Source: an uncultured Flavobacteriales bacterium (GTDB lineage Bacteria > Bacteroidota > Bacteroidia > Flavobacteriales > BACL11). From it: a stretch of 63,038 nucleotides of DNA. Position 1 is the first letter of the stretch. Each line of letters starts with the position of its first letter. The stretch spans positions 1-63,038 of the forward strand of contig CAJWCP010000003.1 in NCBI GenBank assembly GCA_913031595.1, in the 5' to 3' direction. Shown one piece after another: positions 38,757 through 50,987 of this stretch. Both the position numbers and the translations under genes were made by a program. The notes under the pieces were generated by a model. The model was not told the origin of the DNA. It saw nothing but the letters and a program-made list of their open reading frames with translations, and did no database searches.

Positions 38757-39938
38757 ATGAGAAAAGTTCTATTTTTTCTATCGTTTTTTCAGATATTTTT
38801 TCTGCAAGCGCAAGAATATGTTCATCAAGTTTTAATATTAAATGAGGGGTACTATGATTATACAGCACAACAAATAGTTGAGCCAGTTACTGTTGGTACT
38901 TATAATCCAGATACTGAGCTTTATACAGAGGTTATAACTATTGATAGTGCTAGATTTGCTTCAGACATTATTATTGATGATAATTTCTTTTATGTTGCAG
39001 CTGATAATAAGATCTTAAAGTATGATTTAGATACTTATACTTTGTTAGCTCAGCAGATAGTTCAGGGAGCACGTCATTTGGTAATAAATAATGATAAGCT
39101 ATTTGTTTCTCGTGGTGATTATGATCCTAATACTTTTGGGCCTGTATTATTTAATTCTTATCTTCAGGTTTATGATAAACAAACATTAAGTTTTATTCAA
39201 GAATTTGATACTCTTTCTGGGCCTAAATGGTCTACTCAAAATATGGTTATAGGAGGAGATAGTTTGTATATAGCTATTAATAATGCTTTTGCATTTGGTA
39301 ATGAGCAAGGCATGATAGGTGTATTAGATTTAAATAATATGTCTTATGTTAATGAGATTGATTTAGGGACTGATGGTAAAAATCCAGATAATATGATGAT
39401 AGATGGTGGGAAAATCTATACAGTTAACAATAAAGACTGGTCAGGTATGTCTATTTCTGAACATGATGTTAGCGCTTCAACAACTATTACTACAAATATG
39501 GCTTTAGTTAGTACAGGATGTGGAACTTCATGTTTAAGAGGAGGAAAAGTTACCTATCAGATTTCAGGTGATACAGATCTTTATGAATGGGATGGAACTG
39601 TTTCTAATGCAGTTGGTGTATCTAATAATTTTTATGATCTTGCTATTGATAAAGTAAATAACTATTTGTATGCTAGTTCTACTGACTTCTTTTCGTATGG
39701 AGAGATTCATATATATGATCAAGATAATATATTATTAGGAACATTCCCTTGTGGTATATCTCCTGGATCAATTGTTTTTGATAAGAGAATGGTAGCAGGT
39801 ATTGAGGATATTGCTTTATATGAGAATGATTCTAATCAATTATATGATCTTCTTGGAAGATCAGTTACTAGCAGTAAAGCTTTACAAGAAGGCATGATAT
39901 ATATAAAAAATAATAAGAAATTTTTATTCGTTAAATAA
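38757..39938 (+). CDS. BtuG/YncE-like beta-propeller, non-lipidated, with short T9SS-like C-terminal signal
   Basis: Directly under cobalamin riboswitch; SPI signal LQA-Q; LILNEG, propeller repeats, G..PG.I.F end; tail YDLLGR...IYIKNNKKFLFVK. Confidence 0.7.
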   Translation: MRKVLFFLSFFQIFFLQAQEYVHQVLILNEGYYDYTAQQIVEPVTVGTYNPDTELYTEVITIDSARFASDIIIDDNFFYVAADNKILKYDLDTYTLLAQQIVQGARHLVINNDKLFVSRGDYDPNTFGPVLFNSYLQVYDKQTLSFIQEFDTLSGPKWSTQNMVIGGDSLYIAINNAFAFGNEQGMIGVLDLNNMSYVNEIDLGTDGKNPDNMMIDGGKIYTVNNKDWSGMSISEHDVSASTTITTNMALVSTGCGTSCLRGGKVTYQISGDTDLYEWDGTVSNAVGVSNNFYDLAIDKVNNYLYASSTDFFSYGEIHIYDQDNILLGTFPCGISPGSIVFDKRMVAGIEDIALYENDSNQLYDLLGRSVTSSKALQEGMIYIKNNKKFLFVK

Positions 39939-40000
39939 ATTTTTAAGAACAAACGTCTTCTATAGTTTCTTTAGTTATTATCTTTACACAAAATTAAGAT

Positions 40001-41062
40001 ATGAGGTTAATATATTATTTATTTGTACTTGCTTTTCTTTTTGTTGCTTGTGAAAAGGAAGAGGATCAGACATCAGTCTCTAATTTTTCTGAAGATTATG
40101 GAGAAGGCTTATATATAGTTACAGATCAGGGTATAAGTTTTTATAATGATACATTAGTTGTAGATCGTATATTCAATCTAGTAAATAAGATGCCTGTTTA
40201 TAATCCAAATAGTATAAAGTTTAATGGTACTAAGGCGTATATTATTGCAGATAATTCTATCCTAACAGCTAATGTGTTTACATTTGAGAATAAAGAACAG
40301 ATTTTTGGCTTTAACAATGCGGTTGACTTAGATTTTGTAAGCAATAATAGACTGTTTGTGGTAGATAAAGGTGACTCTAAAGTGAAGGTAGTAGATTTAG
40401 AGACTTTAGATGTTACAGATGTGATAGAAGCAGGAGATAGCACAAAACCTTGTTTTATAGTAAGTAATTCTTACAGGTCATATATAATGAATGGAGGAGG
40501 AGATCCATCTGAGATCAAAGATTCAACTATTATTGCGATTGATTATAAAGATAATCTTATAGAGTTAGCAGATTTTATTGGTAATCTTATTGTAGGAACT
40601 AACCCTAATTCTGCAGTTCTATCAGGAAATTTAAAGATCTTATGTCAAGGAGTATATGATTCTGTTGATATATCTAATAATATAGAAGCTTCTTTTTATA
40701 ATGTCAATCCTAATAATATTTCTATAAATTTTCATGAACAGTTGTCTAATATATATAATGCAGATAATTTGGTGGCTAATTCTGCAAATACCGACTTGTA
40801 TTTCACGGCTAATGGTGGAATTTATAGAATGCCTAATAATGCTAGTCAAACTAATTTAATATTAAGTATTGAGTCAGATGTTCTTTTTATACAAGAGGAG
40901 CAGTATGTTACAGGTAATTCTTCTCTTGCTTGGTCTGACATGCTTTACATTAATGATGCTGTAAATAATCCTAATATTATATATAAGTATAATATTAATA
41001 CAAGTTCATATACTGATACTATTGTCGTTCAAGGTAATGTGAGGGATATTAAATCTTATTAA
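40001..41062 (+). CDS. BtuG/YncE-like beta-propeller lipoprotein
   Basis: Lipobox FVAC+EKEED; GLYIV.DQG, KAYII, KVKVVDLET..V...IEAG, VG.NP, LKILCQG. Confidence 0.65.
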   Translation: MRLIYYLFVLAFLFVACEKEEDQTSVSNFSEDYGEGLYIVTDQGISFYNDTLVVDRIFNLVNKMPVYNPNSIKFNGTKAYIIADNSILTANVFTFENKEQIFGFNNAVDLDFVSNNRLFVVDKGDSKVKVVDLETLDVTDVIEAGDSTKPCFIVSNSYRSYIMNGGGDPSEIKDSTIIAIDYKDNLIELADFIGNLIVGTNPNSAVLSGNLKILCQGVYDSVDISNNIEASFYNVNPNNISINFHEQLSNIYNADNLVANSANTDLYFTANGGIYRMPNNASQTNLILSIESDVLFIQEEQYVTGNSSLAWSDMLYINDAVNNPNIIYKYNINTSSYTDTIVVQGNVRDIKSY

Positions 41063-41065
41063 AAG

Positions 41066-41974
41066 TTATAGCTTCTTTAATAATAACTTATATAAATCTA
41101 GCATTGCTTCAATATCTTTTTTATGTACTTTTTCATTAGGGGAATGCACATTGTCTTCTGCTGCACCAATAAAACACCAATCCCAGGGATAGTTACTTTT
41201 CTGTAATTCATTACCATCACTTCCTCCACTACTTTCTACTTCTAACTGAAAGTTAATATTTGATTGTTTGACAATTTTTAATATCTTATTTATATAAGAC
41301 CTTCTAGGTATTCCGCTATCTCTTAAAGAAATAACACATCCTTTTCCATGTTTTATTCCATTTGTTATCCATGTTATATCTGATATCAAAGCTTGATAAA
41401 CATTGTATTTTTTTTGAATAAATTTACCTAAATATCCAGCAGAGCCTCCTCCGTGTTCTTCCCAAGAAGAAAATACAATGATTCCGTCTTGTAAACTTTC
41501 AGCTATTTTTAGACAATTCCATACTCCTAATCTATTATCAAGATAGCAACTTTGTATAAAGTTTTTGGTGTTTCTAAAATTTAGTTTAAAAGTGAGAGAT
41601 GTTCCTCTTTCAATTTTTCGACTTGCGTCGATATAATACTTTTTTCCTTTTTTAATGATTTCACCTTCAATTTTTCCTTTACTGTCTTTACCAGTTAATT
41701 TAAACCCTTCTTTAATGACAGGCCCTCCAATCTTGACAATTTCATTATTATATCTAACCGTAAATCCTATTGAATCCATATGTGCAAATATTGCTGTTCT
41801 TGGTTTTCCAAATACTAAAACGATATTGTCTTGAAATCCTTTTCCATGATATAACTTAGGTTTTACTGTCCATTTATTTTGGTTTTCTTTTATATATTTT
41901 AATATAAACTTATTTATTACATGTTCTTCTCCTGAAGGGGAATGAATACCACATAGTTTTTTTAATAATTCCAT
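41066..41974 (-). CDS. M42/M20-family metallopeptidase
   Basis: SPSGEE, AHMDSIG, LDNRLG, WEEHGGG, GGSDG, VHSPNE metal ligands. Confidence 0.85.
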   Translation of the reverse strand: MELLKKLCGIHSPSGEEHVINKFILKYIKENQNKWTVKPKLYHGKGFQDNIVLVFGKPRTAIFAHMDSIGFTVRYNNEIVKIGGPVIKEGFKLTGKDSKGKIEGEIIKKGKKYYIDASRKIERGTSLTFKLNFRNTKNFIQSCYLDNRLGVWNCLKIAESLQDGIIVFSSWEEHGGGSAGYLGKFIQKKYNVYQALISDITWITNGIKHGKGCVISLRDSGIPRRSYINKILKIVKQSNINFQLEVESSGGSDGNELQKSNYPWDWCFIGAAEDNVHSPNEKVHKKDIEAMLDLYKLLLKKL

Positions 41975-41975
41975 T

Positions 41976-42587
41976 TTATATAGTTTTAATGTATTCTATC
42001 TTTAAGTGATAATTTTCTTTATATGTTTTTATTACATTATCAGCTTTATCTTTTTTTACTGTAAATATAATACTACATTCTGTTTTTAAACTTTTGTTTA
42101 TGATTTCTAGATTAAAAAGCTTTATTGTTTTCATCACGTTATTTATTTGAGAATAGTTAAATGACACCTTGTATTGCTCTTTTATATTTTTAGTGATAAT
42201 TTTGCATGTAGATATTACTTGAAATGCGGCTTTCTTGTATGCTTTTATGAGACCTGGAATACCTAATTTAGTTCCTCCAAAGTATCTGACAACGATAATT
42301 AATGTGTTTGTTAAATCATTAGATTTTATTTGATTTAATATTGGTTTTCCAGCTGTTGAAGAAGGTTCTCCATCATCACTTTCTTTTTGAGCAGATTTAT
42401 CTGGATGTAATATGTATGCGTAACAGTGGTGATTTGCTGAATGTTCTTTTTTCTTTATAATTTTTATTTTATTCTTTATTTCTGATTCTGATTTCACATT
42501 AAATATGTAGGAGATAAACTTACTTCCTTTTTCTTTAAAAACTATTCTTTTTGGTTTTTCTATTTCTTTATAAGTATTCTCAAACAT
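41976..42587 (-). CDS. yigZ: YigZ/IMPACT family protein
   Basis: KGSKF, A.H.CYAY, DDGEPS.TAG.PI, VVRYFGG.KLG..GLI.AY. Confidence 0.92.
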   Translation of the reverse strand: MFENTYKEIEKPKRIVFKEKGSKFISYIFNVKSESEIKNKIKIIKKKEHSANHHCYAYILHPDKSAQKESDDGEPSSTAGKPILNQIKSNDLTNTLIIVVRYFGGTKLGIPGLIKAYKKAAFQVISTCKIITKNIKEQYKVSFNYSQINNVMKTIKLFNLEIINKSLKTECSIIFTVKKDKADNVIKTYKENYHLKIEYIKTI

Positions 42588-43440
42588 TGTAAGTAAAAAT
42601 ATAAATTGAACTTAGGCATAACATTATTCCGACCCAGTTTAGTTTGCTAATTTTTTCATTAAATAATATGATTCCAATAAGAGAGGATGTGATTATTATA
42701 CCCATACAAATTAAAGGAAATACAATCGTGCTTTTTATATTGTTTAATGCTTCTAAAAAAGTAAATAGAGAGAAAAAATTAGGTATTCCAAAGATTGCGC
42801 CCCAGTAAAGGTTTTTAACATCAAATAATCTTTTATTTTTAATAAATGAGGGGATTAATATAATGCTACCTACTATACATGCAGTAGTAAATAAAATGAA
42901 GAAAAACATAAAAGGGTCATGATGGTTAAATTTTTTAGTAAAATCATTAAATATAGAATCTGCTAAACCTTGTCCAAGGAAAACGAGTATAGGTATAAGA
43001 AGATATTTTTTTTTTAGATTAATTCTTTGCTTAACTATTGAAGCGAATATTATTCCAATAAACGCTAAAAATAATGCGCCTATTTGTAGTGAGTTTAATT
43101 TTTCTTCTGGATATAATATTATAGCTGTAAAAACTGGAATAATTAAAGACATCCTACTATAAAGGGTTGTTGTTGCAATTCCGATTTTTTGAACTCCATA
43201 GGCGTATAAATTAAATACTATGATAAATAGAGATCCAAGTGTTAGGGCATGATAGATCCATTGTTTTTTTATAACCTCTATTATTGAAAAGTCAGTTTCT
43301 ATAAGTAGGAGGGAGAAAAATGCGCATACTGCATAATTAGTAATTAAGGCTTGTAAATTATCAACTTGGAATTTTTCAAATAATTTAAAACAAATTATTA
43401 AAATATTAAAAAGTAATATCGTATAGATTATACTATACAT
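42580..43440 (-). CDS. DMT/EamA-family transporter
   Basis: About 10 hydrophobic helices in two repeats; G.PN.FS, F.EK.S..NW.G. Confidence 0.75.
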   Translation of the reverse strand: MYSIIYTILLFNILIICFKLFEKFQVDNLQALITNYAVCAFFSLLLIETDFSIIEVIKKQWIYHALTLGSLFIIVFNLYAYGVQKIGIATTTLYSRMSLIIPVFTAIILYPEEKLNSLQIGALFLAFIGIIFASIVKQRINLKKKYLLIPILVFLGQGLADSIFNDFTKKFNHHDPFMFFFILFTTACIVGSIILIPSFIKNKRLFDVKNLYWGAIFGIPNFFSLFTFLEALNNIKSTIVFPLICMGIIITSSLIGIILFNEKISKLNWVGIMLCLSSIYIFTYNV

Positions 43441-44461
43441 TTCTGTATATTTCTATTATATCTTGTTCTATTTTTTTTATTGAGAAAGGTTTTTTCTTTA
43501 TAACAGGGGTGGGTAAGCCAGATTTTAAGTTTTTGTTTGCAGTGAAAACTCTGGCTTCATCCCATATTCCTTGCTGAATAAAAGTATTGATTGTGTGTGC
43601 GCCTCCTTCAATAATTAAAGATTGAATTTTCTGTTTATATAAGCTTTTTAAAACACTTTTAATCAAATTATTAAAGTCAATTTTTATAAATTTATTTAGA
43701 TTAATCTGATCATTTCTTATAGCATTATATATTATTGTTTTAGCTTCATTATTATAGATGTTAAGATCAAGAGGTAAATTTAGGTTTTGATTAATAATAA
43801 TTCGAATTGGATTTTCCCCTTGTATTTCTCTAACTGTTAGATGTGGATTGTCAACCTTAGCCGTTCTACTTCCTATTAAAATTGCGTCTTCATATGACCT
43901 CCATTTATGAACAAGTTTTTTTGATGAATTAGAAGTCATCCAGAATTTTTCTTTTTGATTTATTGGTGCTATTAAATTATCCTTACTTTTTGCCCATTTT
44001 AGAATAATGTAGGGTCTTCTTTTATCATGAAAAGTGAAAAATCTTTTGTTTAAATCTAAACATTCTTTCTCTAACACCCCTACTTTTACATTTATATTAT
44101 GTCTCTTCATCTTTTCAATTCCTTTACCTGATACTTCTATAAATGAGTCTTTACATCCTATAATTACTTTTGGAATATTATTATTAATAATAAGATCACT
44201 ACACGGAGGTGTTTTTCCATGGTGAGCACAAGGCTCCAAGTTCACATATAATGTAGATTCTTTTAAAAGATTTTTGTTTTTTACACTATTTATTGCATTA
44301 ACTTCAGCATGTTGATGACCGTATTTTTCATGATATCCTTCACCAATAATTTTATTATTGTGAACAATTACACATCCAACCATTGGATTAGGTGAGGTTT
44401 TACCTCTCCCTTTTTTTGCTAATATCAGGCATTTATTCATGAAATTCTCATGGATTTCCAT
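43433..44461 (-). CDS. ribD: Riboflavin biosynthesis deaminase/reductase RibD
   Basis: PNPMVG, HAEVNA, LEPCAH.GKTPPC, DNP.LT.R, IEGG. Confidence 0.96.
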   Translation of the reverse strand: MEIHENFMNKCLILAKKGRGKTSPNPMVGCVIVHNNKIIGEGYHEKYGHQHAEVNAINSVKNKNLLKESTLYVNLEPCAHHGKTPPCSDLIINNNIPKVIIGCKDSFIEVSGKGIEKMKRHNINVKVGVLEKECLDLNKRFFTFHDKRRPYIILKWAKSKDNLIAPINQKEKFWMTSNSSKKLVHKWRSYEDAILIGSRTAKVDNPHLTVREIQGENPIRIIINQNLNLPLDLNIYNNEAKTIIYNAIRNDQINLNKFIKIDFNNLIKSVLKSLYKQKIQSLIIEGGAHTINTFIQQGIWDEARVFTANKNLKSGLPTPVIKKKPFSIKKIEQDIIEIYRNV

Positions 44462-44465
44462 GCTC

Positions 44466-44491
44466 CAAAAATAGCCAAATTATTACATTTG
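44466..44491. promoter_or_regulatory. Back-to-back -7 promoter boxes in a 34-bp ribD/prmC gap
   Basis: TATTTTTG on - (44466-44473) and TACATTTG on + (44484-44491), each 4 nt from its ATG. Confidence 0.7.
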
Positions 44492-44495
44492 TTTT

Positions 44496-45326
44496 ATGAA
44501 AGTATGTAATATTATTCCATATTTTAAGGATAATCTTTCCTCGATCACACATGAAAAAGAGATTGTTTCATGGGCATATATTGTAATTGAATCAATTTTA
44601 GCCTATACTAAATCCGACACAATTATTTACTCTGATAGTTATATATCAAAAACTAATACAGATAAAATCATCAATATTGTTAAAGAGCTTAGACAGAACA
44701 AGCCTATTCAATATATTTTAGGAGAAGCTTATTTTTTTGGATTGTACTTTAAGGTTAATCGTCATACATTAATTCCTCGTCCTGAAACAGAGGAGTTAGT
44801 GAAATGGATTCTTCAATATAATTTTCAATCTGTATTAGATATTGGAACTGGAAGTGGCTGTATAGCGATATCTTTAGCTAAGAATTTATCATTAAATACT
44901 TTTGTTTTAGACAATTCTAAAGAAGCTCTTGAAATTGCTAAATTTAATGCAGATAAACATCAAGTGCCAGTCTATTTATTACATCAAGATATTTTAAAAA
45001 TTACAGAATTACCTAAAGTGGATGTAATTGTAAGTAATCCTCCATATGTTGAATTAAATGATTATGATAGCATAAAACCTAATGTAATTAATTATGAGCC
45101 TCATGATGCAATATTTGCTCCTTCTTATAATTCATTAATTTTTTATCATAAAATTATATTATTATCAAAATCTGCATTAAATCAAAATGGACTTTTGTTT
45201 TTTGAGATTAATGAAAAATATTCTTCTGAGATTTCGGATATGTTGAAGAAAAATCATTTTGTTGATATTACGTTAAAAAAAGATATAAACGATAAGTTTA
45301 GAATGATAAAAGCAACTAAGAAATAG
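44496..45326 (+). CDS. prmC: Release factor glutamine methyltransferase
   Basis: PIQYILG, LIPRPETEEL, LDIGTGSGCIA, VSNPPY, FEIN. Confidence 0.95.
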   Translation: MKVCNIIPYFKDNLSSITHEKEIVSWAYIVIESILAYTKSDTIIYSDSYISKTNTDKIINIVKELRQNKPIQYILGEAYFFGLYFKVNRHTLIPRPETEELVKWILQYNFQSVLDIGTGSGCIAISLAKNLSLNTFVLDNSKEALEIAKFNADKHQVPVYLLHQDILKITELPKVDVIVSNPPYVELNDYDSIKPNVINYEPHDAIFAPSYNSLIFYHKIILLSKSALNQNGLLFFEINEKYSSEISDMLKKNHFVDITLKKDINDKFRMIKATKK

Positions 45327-45357
45327 TTATTTTTGAAAACATATAAATAATGTTAAT

Positions 45358-48340
<2,983 letters not shown>

Positions 48341-48341
48341 G

Positions 48342-49211
48342 ATGCAGGAAATTAAGGGTACAGGTGTAGCTTTAGTTACACCATTCAATGAAGACATGAG
48401 TATAGACTATACAGGGCTTAAAAATATAATAAACCATGTTATAGAAGGGGGAGTAGACTATTTGGTGATTATGGGAACTACAGGTGAGAGTGTTGTTCTG
48501 TCTAAAGAAGAGAGAAGTGAAGTTCTCACTTATTGTAAAGAAATAAATAATGGAAGAGTACCTGTAGTCTTAGGTTTAGGAGGAAATAATACATTACAAG
48601 TTCTAGAAGATATTAAATCAGTTAATTTAACTGGTGTAGATGCTATTTTATCTGTTTCTCCATATTATAATAAGCCTACTCAAGAAGGTATATATAATCA
48701 TTATAAGCTTCTTGCTAACCAATCTTCTTTACCTATTATTTTATATAACGTGCCAGGAAGAACATCAAGTAATATAACTGCGCAGACTACTTTACGTTTG
48801 GCATACGATTTTCCTAATATAGTTGCTGTAAAAGAGGCCTCAGGAGATATGCAGCAAATTATGGATATTATTAAAAATAGACCTTCTAATTTTTTAGTTA
48901 TTTCAGGAGATGATGCTCTTACATTACCTATTATACATATGGGAGGAGATGGTGTTATATCAGTTATTGGTCAATCTTTTCCTAAAGAGTATTCCCAGAT
49001 GGTAAACTATGCATTGGAAAATGATAAAGTTAATGCTAATAAGTTGCATTATTTTTTATATGATTACTATCAACCTTTATATGCTGATGGAAACCCAGCG
49101 GGTATTAAAGCTTTATTAGCTTTATTGGGTTTCTGTAAACCTATGGTAAGGCCTCCTCTTGTTAAGTCTCGTAAAGCGACAATTAATCATCTTAAAGATT
49201 TATTAAATTGA
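48342..49211 (+). CDS. dapA: 4-hydroxy-tetrahydrodipicolinate synthase
   Basis: ALVTPF, GTTGES, PYYNKP.QEG, LYNVPGRT, KEASG, SGDD. Confidence 0.96.
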   Translation: MQEIKGTGVALVTPFNEDMSIDYTGLKNIINHVIEGGVDYLVIMGTTGESVVLSKEERSEVLTYCKEINNGRVPVVLGLGGNNTLQVLEDIKSVNLTGVDAILSVSPYYNKPTQEGIYNHYKLLANQSSLPIILYNVPGRTSSNITAQTTLRLAYDFPNIVAVKEASGDMQQIMDIIKNRPSNFLVISGDDALTLPIIHMGGDGVISVIGQSFPKEYSQMVNYALENDKVNANKLHYFLYDYYQPLYADGNPAGIKALLALLGFCKPMVRPPLVKSRKATINHLKDLLN

Positions 49212-49738
49212 TTAATAAAATACTTTTTTTCATTATGGGATTATTTTCTTTCAATACAATTGCTCAGGAATCAATTTATGACATTACAATTAATGATATA
49301 TCGGGAGATAAAATCTATTTTTCAGATTTTAAAGGAAAGTATATATTAATAGTGAATGTAGCATCAGAATGTGGTTTTACTCCTCAGTATCATGACTTAG
49401 AAACATTACAAAGAAGATTTGATGATTTGGTGATTATAGGAGTCCCTTGTAATCAGTTTGGAGGGCAGGAGCCTGCCTCAGAGAAAGAAATTTCAGCATT
49501 TTGTACTAGTAATTTTAATGTTAGCTTTCTGCTTACTGAAAAGATTAATGTAAAGGGAAAAGAACAACATCCGTTATATCAGTGGTTAACTAAGAAATCT
49601 AAGAATGGAAAACTAAATTCTAGTGTTAAATGGAATTTTCAAAAATATGTAATAAATCAGAATGGAGAATTAGTAAATTATTTTTATTCAATAACAAAAC
49701 CATTAAGTCCAAAAATCACCTCTATTTTCACACAATAA
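49208..49738 (+). CDS. Glutathione peroxidase family (Cys-type), exported
   Basis: NVASECGFTPQY, PCNQFG.QEP, KWNF.KY; signal peptide TIA-Q. Confidence 0.92.
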   Translation: MINKILFFIMGLFSFNTIAQESIYDITINDISGDKIYFSDFKGKYILIVNVASECGFTPQYHDLETLQRRFDDLVIIGVPCNQFGGQEPASEKEISAFCTSNFNVSFLLTEKINVKGKEQHPLYQWLTKKSKNGKLNSSVKWNFQKYVINQNGELVNYFYSITKPLSPKITSIFTQ

Positions 49739-49819
49739 ATTCATTTTTTTCTAGTTTACTAGATATAAAAAAAATTTAGGAATATCCAATTTTTGGATTT
49801 ATCTTTGCCCGTCTATTTT

Positions 49820-50638
49820 ATGTTTATGATGAGAAATATATTATTTTATATTATTTTATGTTTTTGTTTTCTTTCATGCGGGGAATATCAGAAAGCTTTA
49901 AAAACAGATGACTTTAATTATAAATATGAAAAGGCAGTTGCTTATTATGAAAAACAAGATTTTAATAGAGCCCTTCCGTTATTTAGCGAATTAAATACTA
50001 TTATGTTAGGAACTTCTAAAATGGAAGAGATAGGTTATTATTATGCATATTGTCACTATTCAATAGGAGAAAACTTAATTGCAGCAAGTCTCTTTAAAAG
50101 GTATGTTATGAATTATCCAAATAGTAAGCATACAGAAGAATGTAGTTATATGTCAGCTTATTGTTATTATTTAGAATCATCTGATTATTCTCTTGATCCA
50201 GGCAATACTTATAGGGCAATTAATGAGTTGCAAGGATTTATTAATCAATTCTCTAATTCTAAACGAATAGCAGACTGTAATCAATTAATAGATGAGTTAA
50301 GATCTAGATTATCTAAAAAAGCATTTGAAAATGCAAAACAATATTATATGACGGAAAATTATAAATCAGCTATTATTTCTTTTGATAATCTTCTGATTGA
50401 TTTTCCTTCATTTAAGGATAGAGAACAAGTATACTACTTAATTGTAAAATCTTCTTATTTATTAGCAGTTAATAGTGTTTCAGCTAAGGTAGAAGAACGT
50501 CTTAAAGAAACTTTAGATGTATATGAACAATTTAAGGATAACTATAGTACTAGTTCTTATTTATCAGAACTAGAAGACACTTATGAAAATACAAAAAAAA
50601 TGTTAGAAGAATTAAACAAAAATAAAAATGAAATTTAA
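49820..50638 (+). CDS. bamD: Outer membrane protein assembly factor BamD
   Basis: Lipobox FLSC, TPR helices; start moved to ATG 49820 (or 49826/49829) because -7 box TATCTTTG lies at 49800-49807. Confidence 0.88.
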   Translation: MFMMRNILFYIILCFCFLSCGEYQKALKTDDFNYKYEKAVAYYEKQDFNRALPLFSELNTIMLGTSKMEEIGYYYAYCHYSIGENLIAASLFKRYVMNYPNSKHTEECSYMSAYCYYLESSDYSLDPGNTYRAINELQGFINQFSNSKRIADCNQLIDELRSRLSKKAFENAKQYYMTENYKSAIISFDNLLIDFPSFKDREQVYYLIVKSSYLLAVNSVSAKVEERLKETLDVYEQFKDNYSTSSYLSELEDTYENTKKMLEELNKNKNEI

Positions 50639-50987
50639 AAACACAGGTGCAGAAAAAACAACAGTTACTCATAATGTAAATGATTTTTTAGAAAAAACAG
50701 ATAATATATTTAGAGCAGTATCTGTTATGGCAAAAAGATCTGGGCAAATTAATCAAAAGATGAAAGAAGAGTTAATGGAGAAATTAGAAGAATTTGCTTT
50801 AAATCAGGAGCAACTTGATGAGGTTTTTGAGAATCAAGAGCAGATTGCAGTTTCAAGGTTTTATGAAAGCTTGCCAAAACCTTGGGCTATTGCAATGAAA
50901 GAATTATTGAATGATGAAATATATATGCGTGATACAAATATTGACTCTAGCGAGGAAAATATAGAGGAATCACAAAATGATGCTTAA
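50628..50987 (+). CDS. rpoZ: RNA polymerase omega subunit (Bacteroidota type)
   Basis: T.NI..AV....KR..QIN, EVFEN.EQI.VSR.YE.LPKP; bamD-rpoZ-coaBC order. Confidence 0.85.
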   Translation: MKFKNTGAEKTTVTHNVNDFLEKTDNIFRAVSVMAKRSGQINQKMKEELMEKLEEFALNQEQLDEVFENQEQIAVSRFYESLPKPWAIAMKELLNDEIYMRDTNIDSSEENIEESQNDA

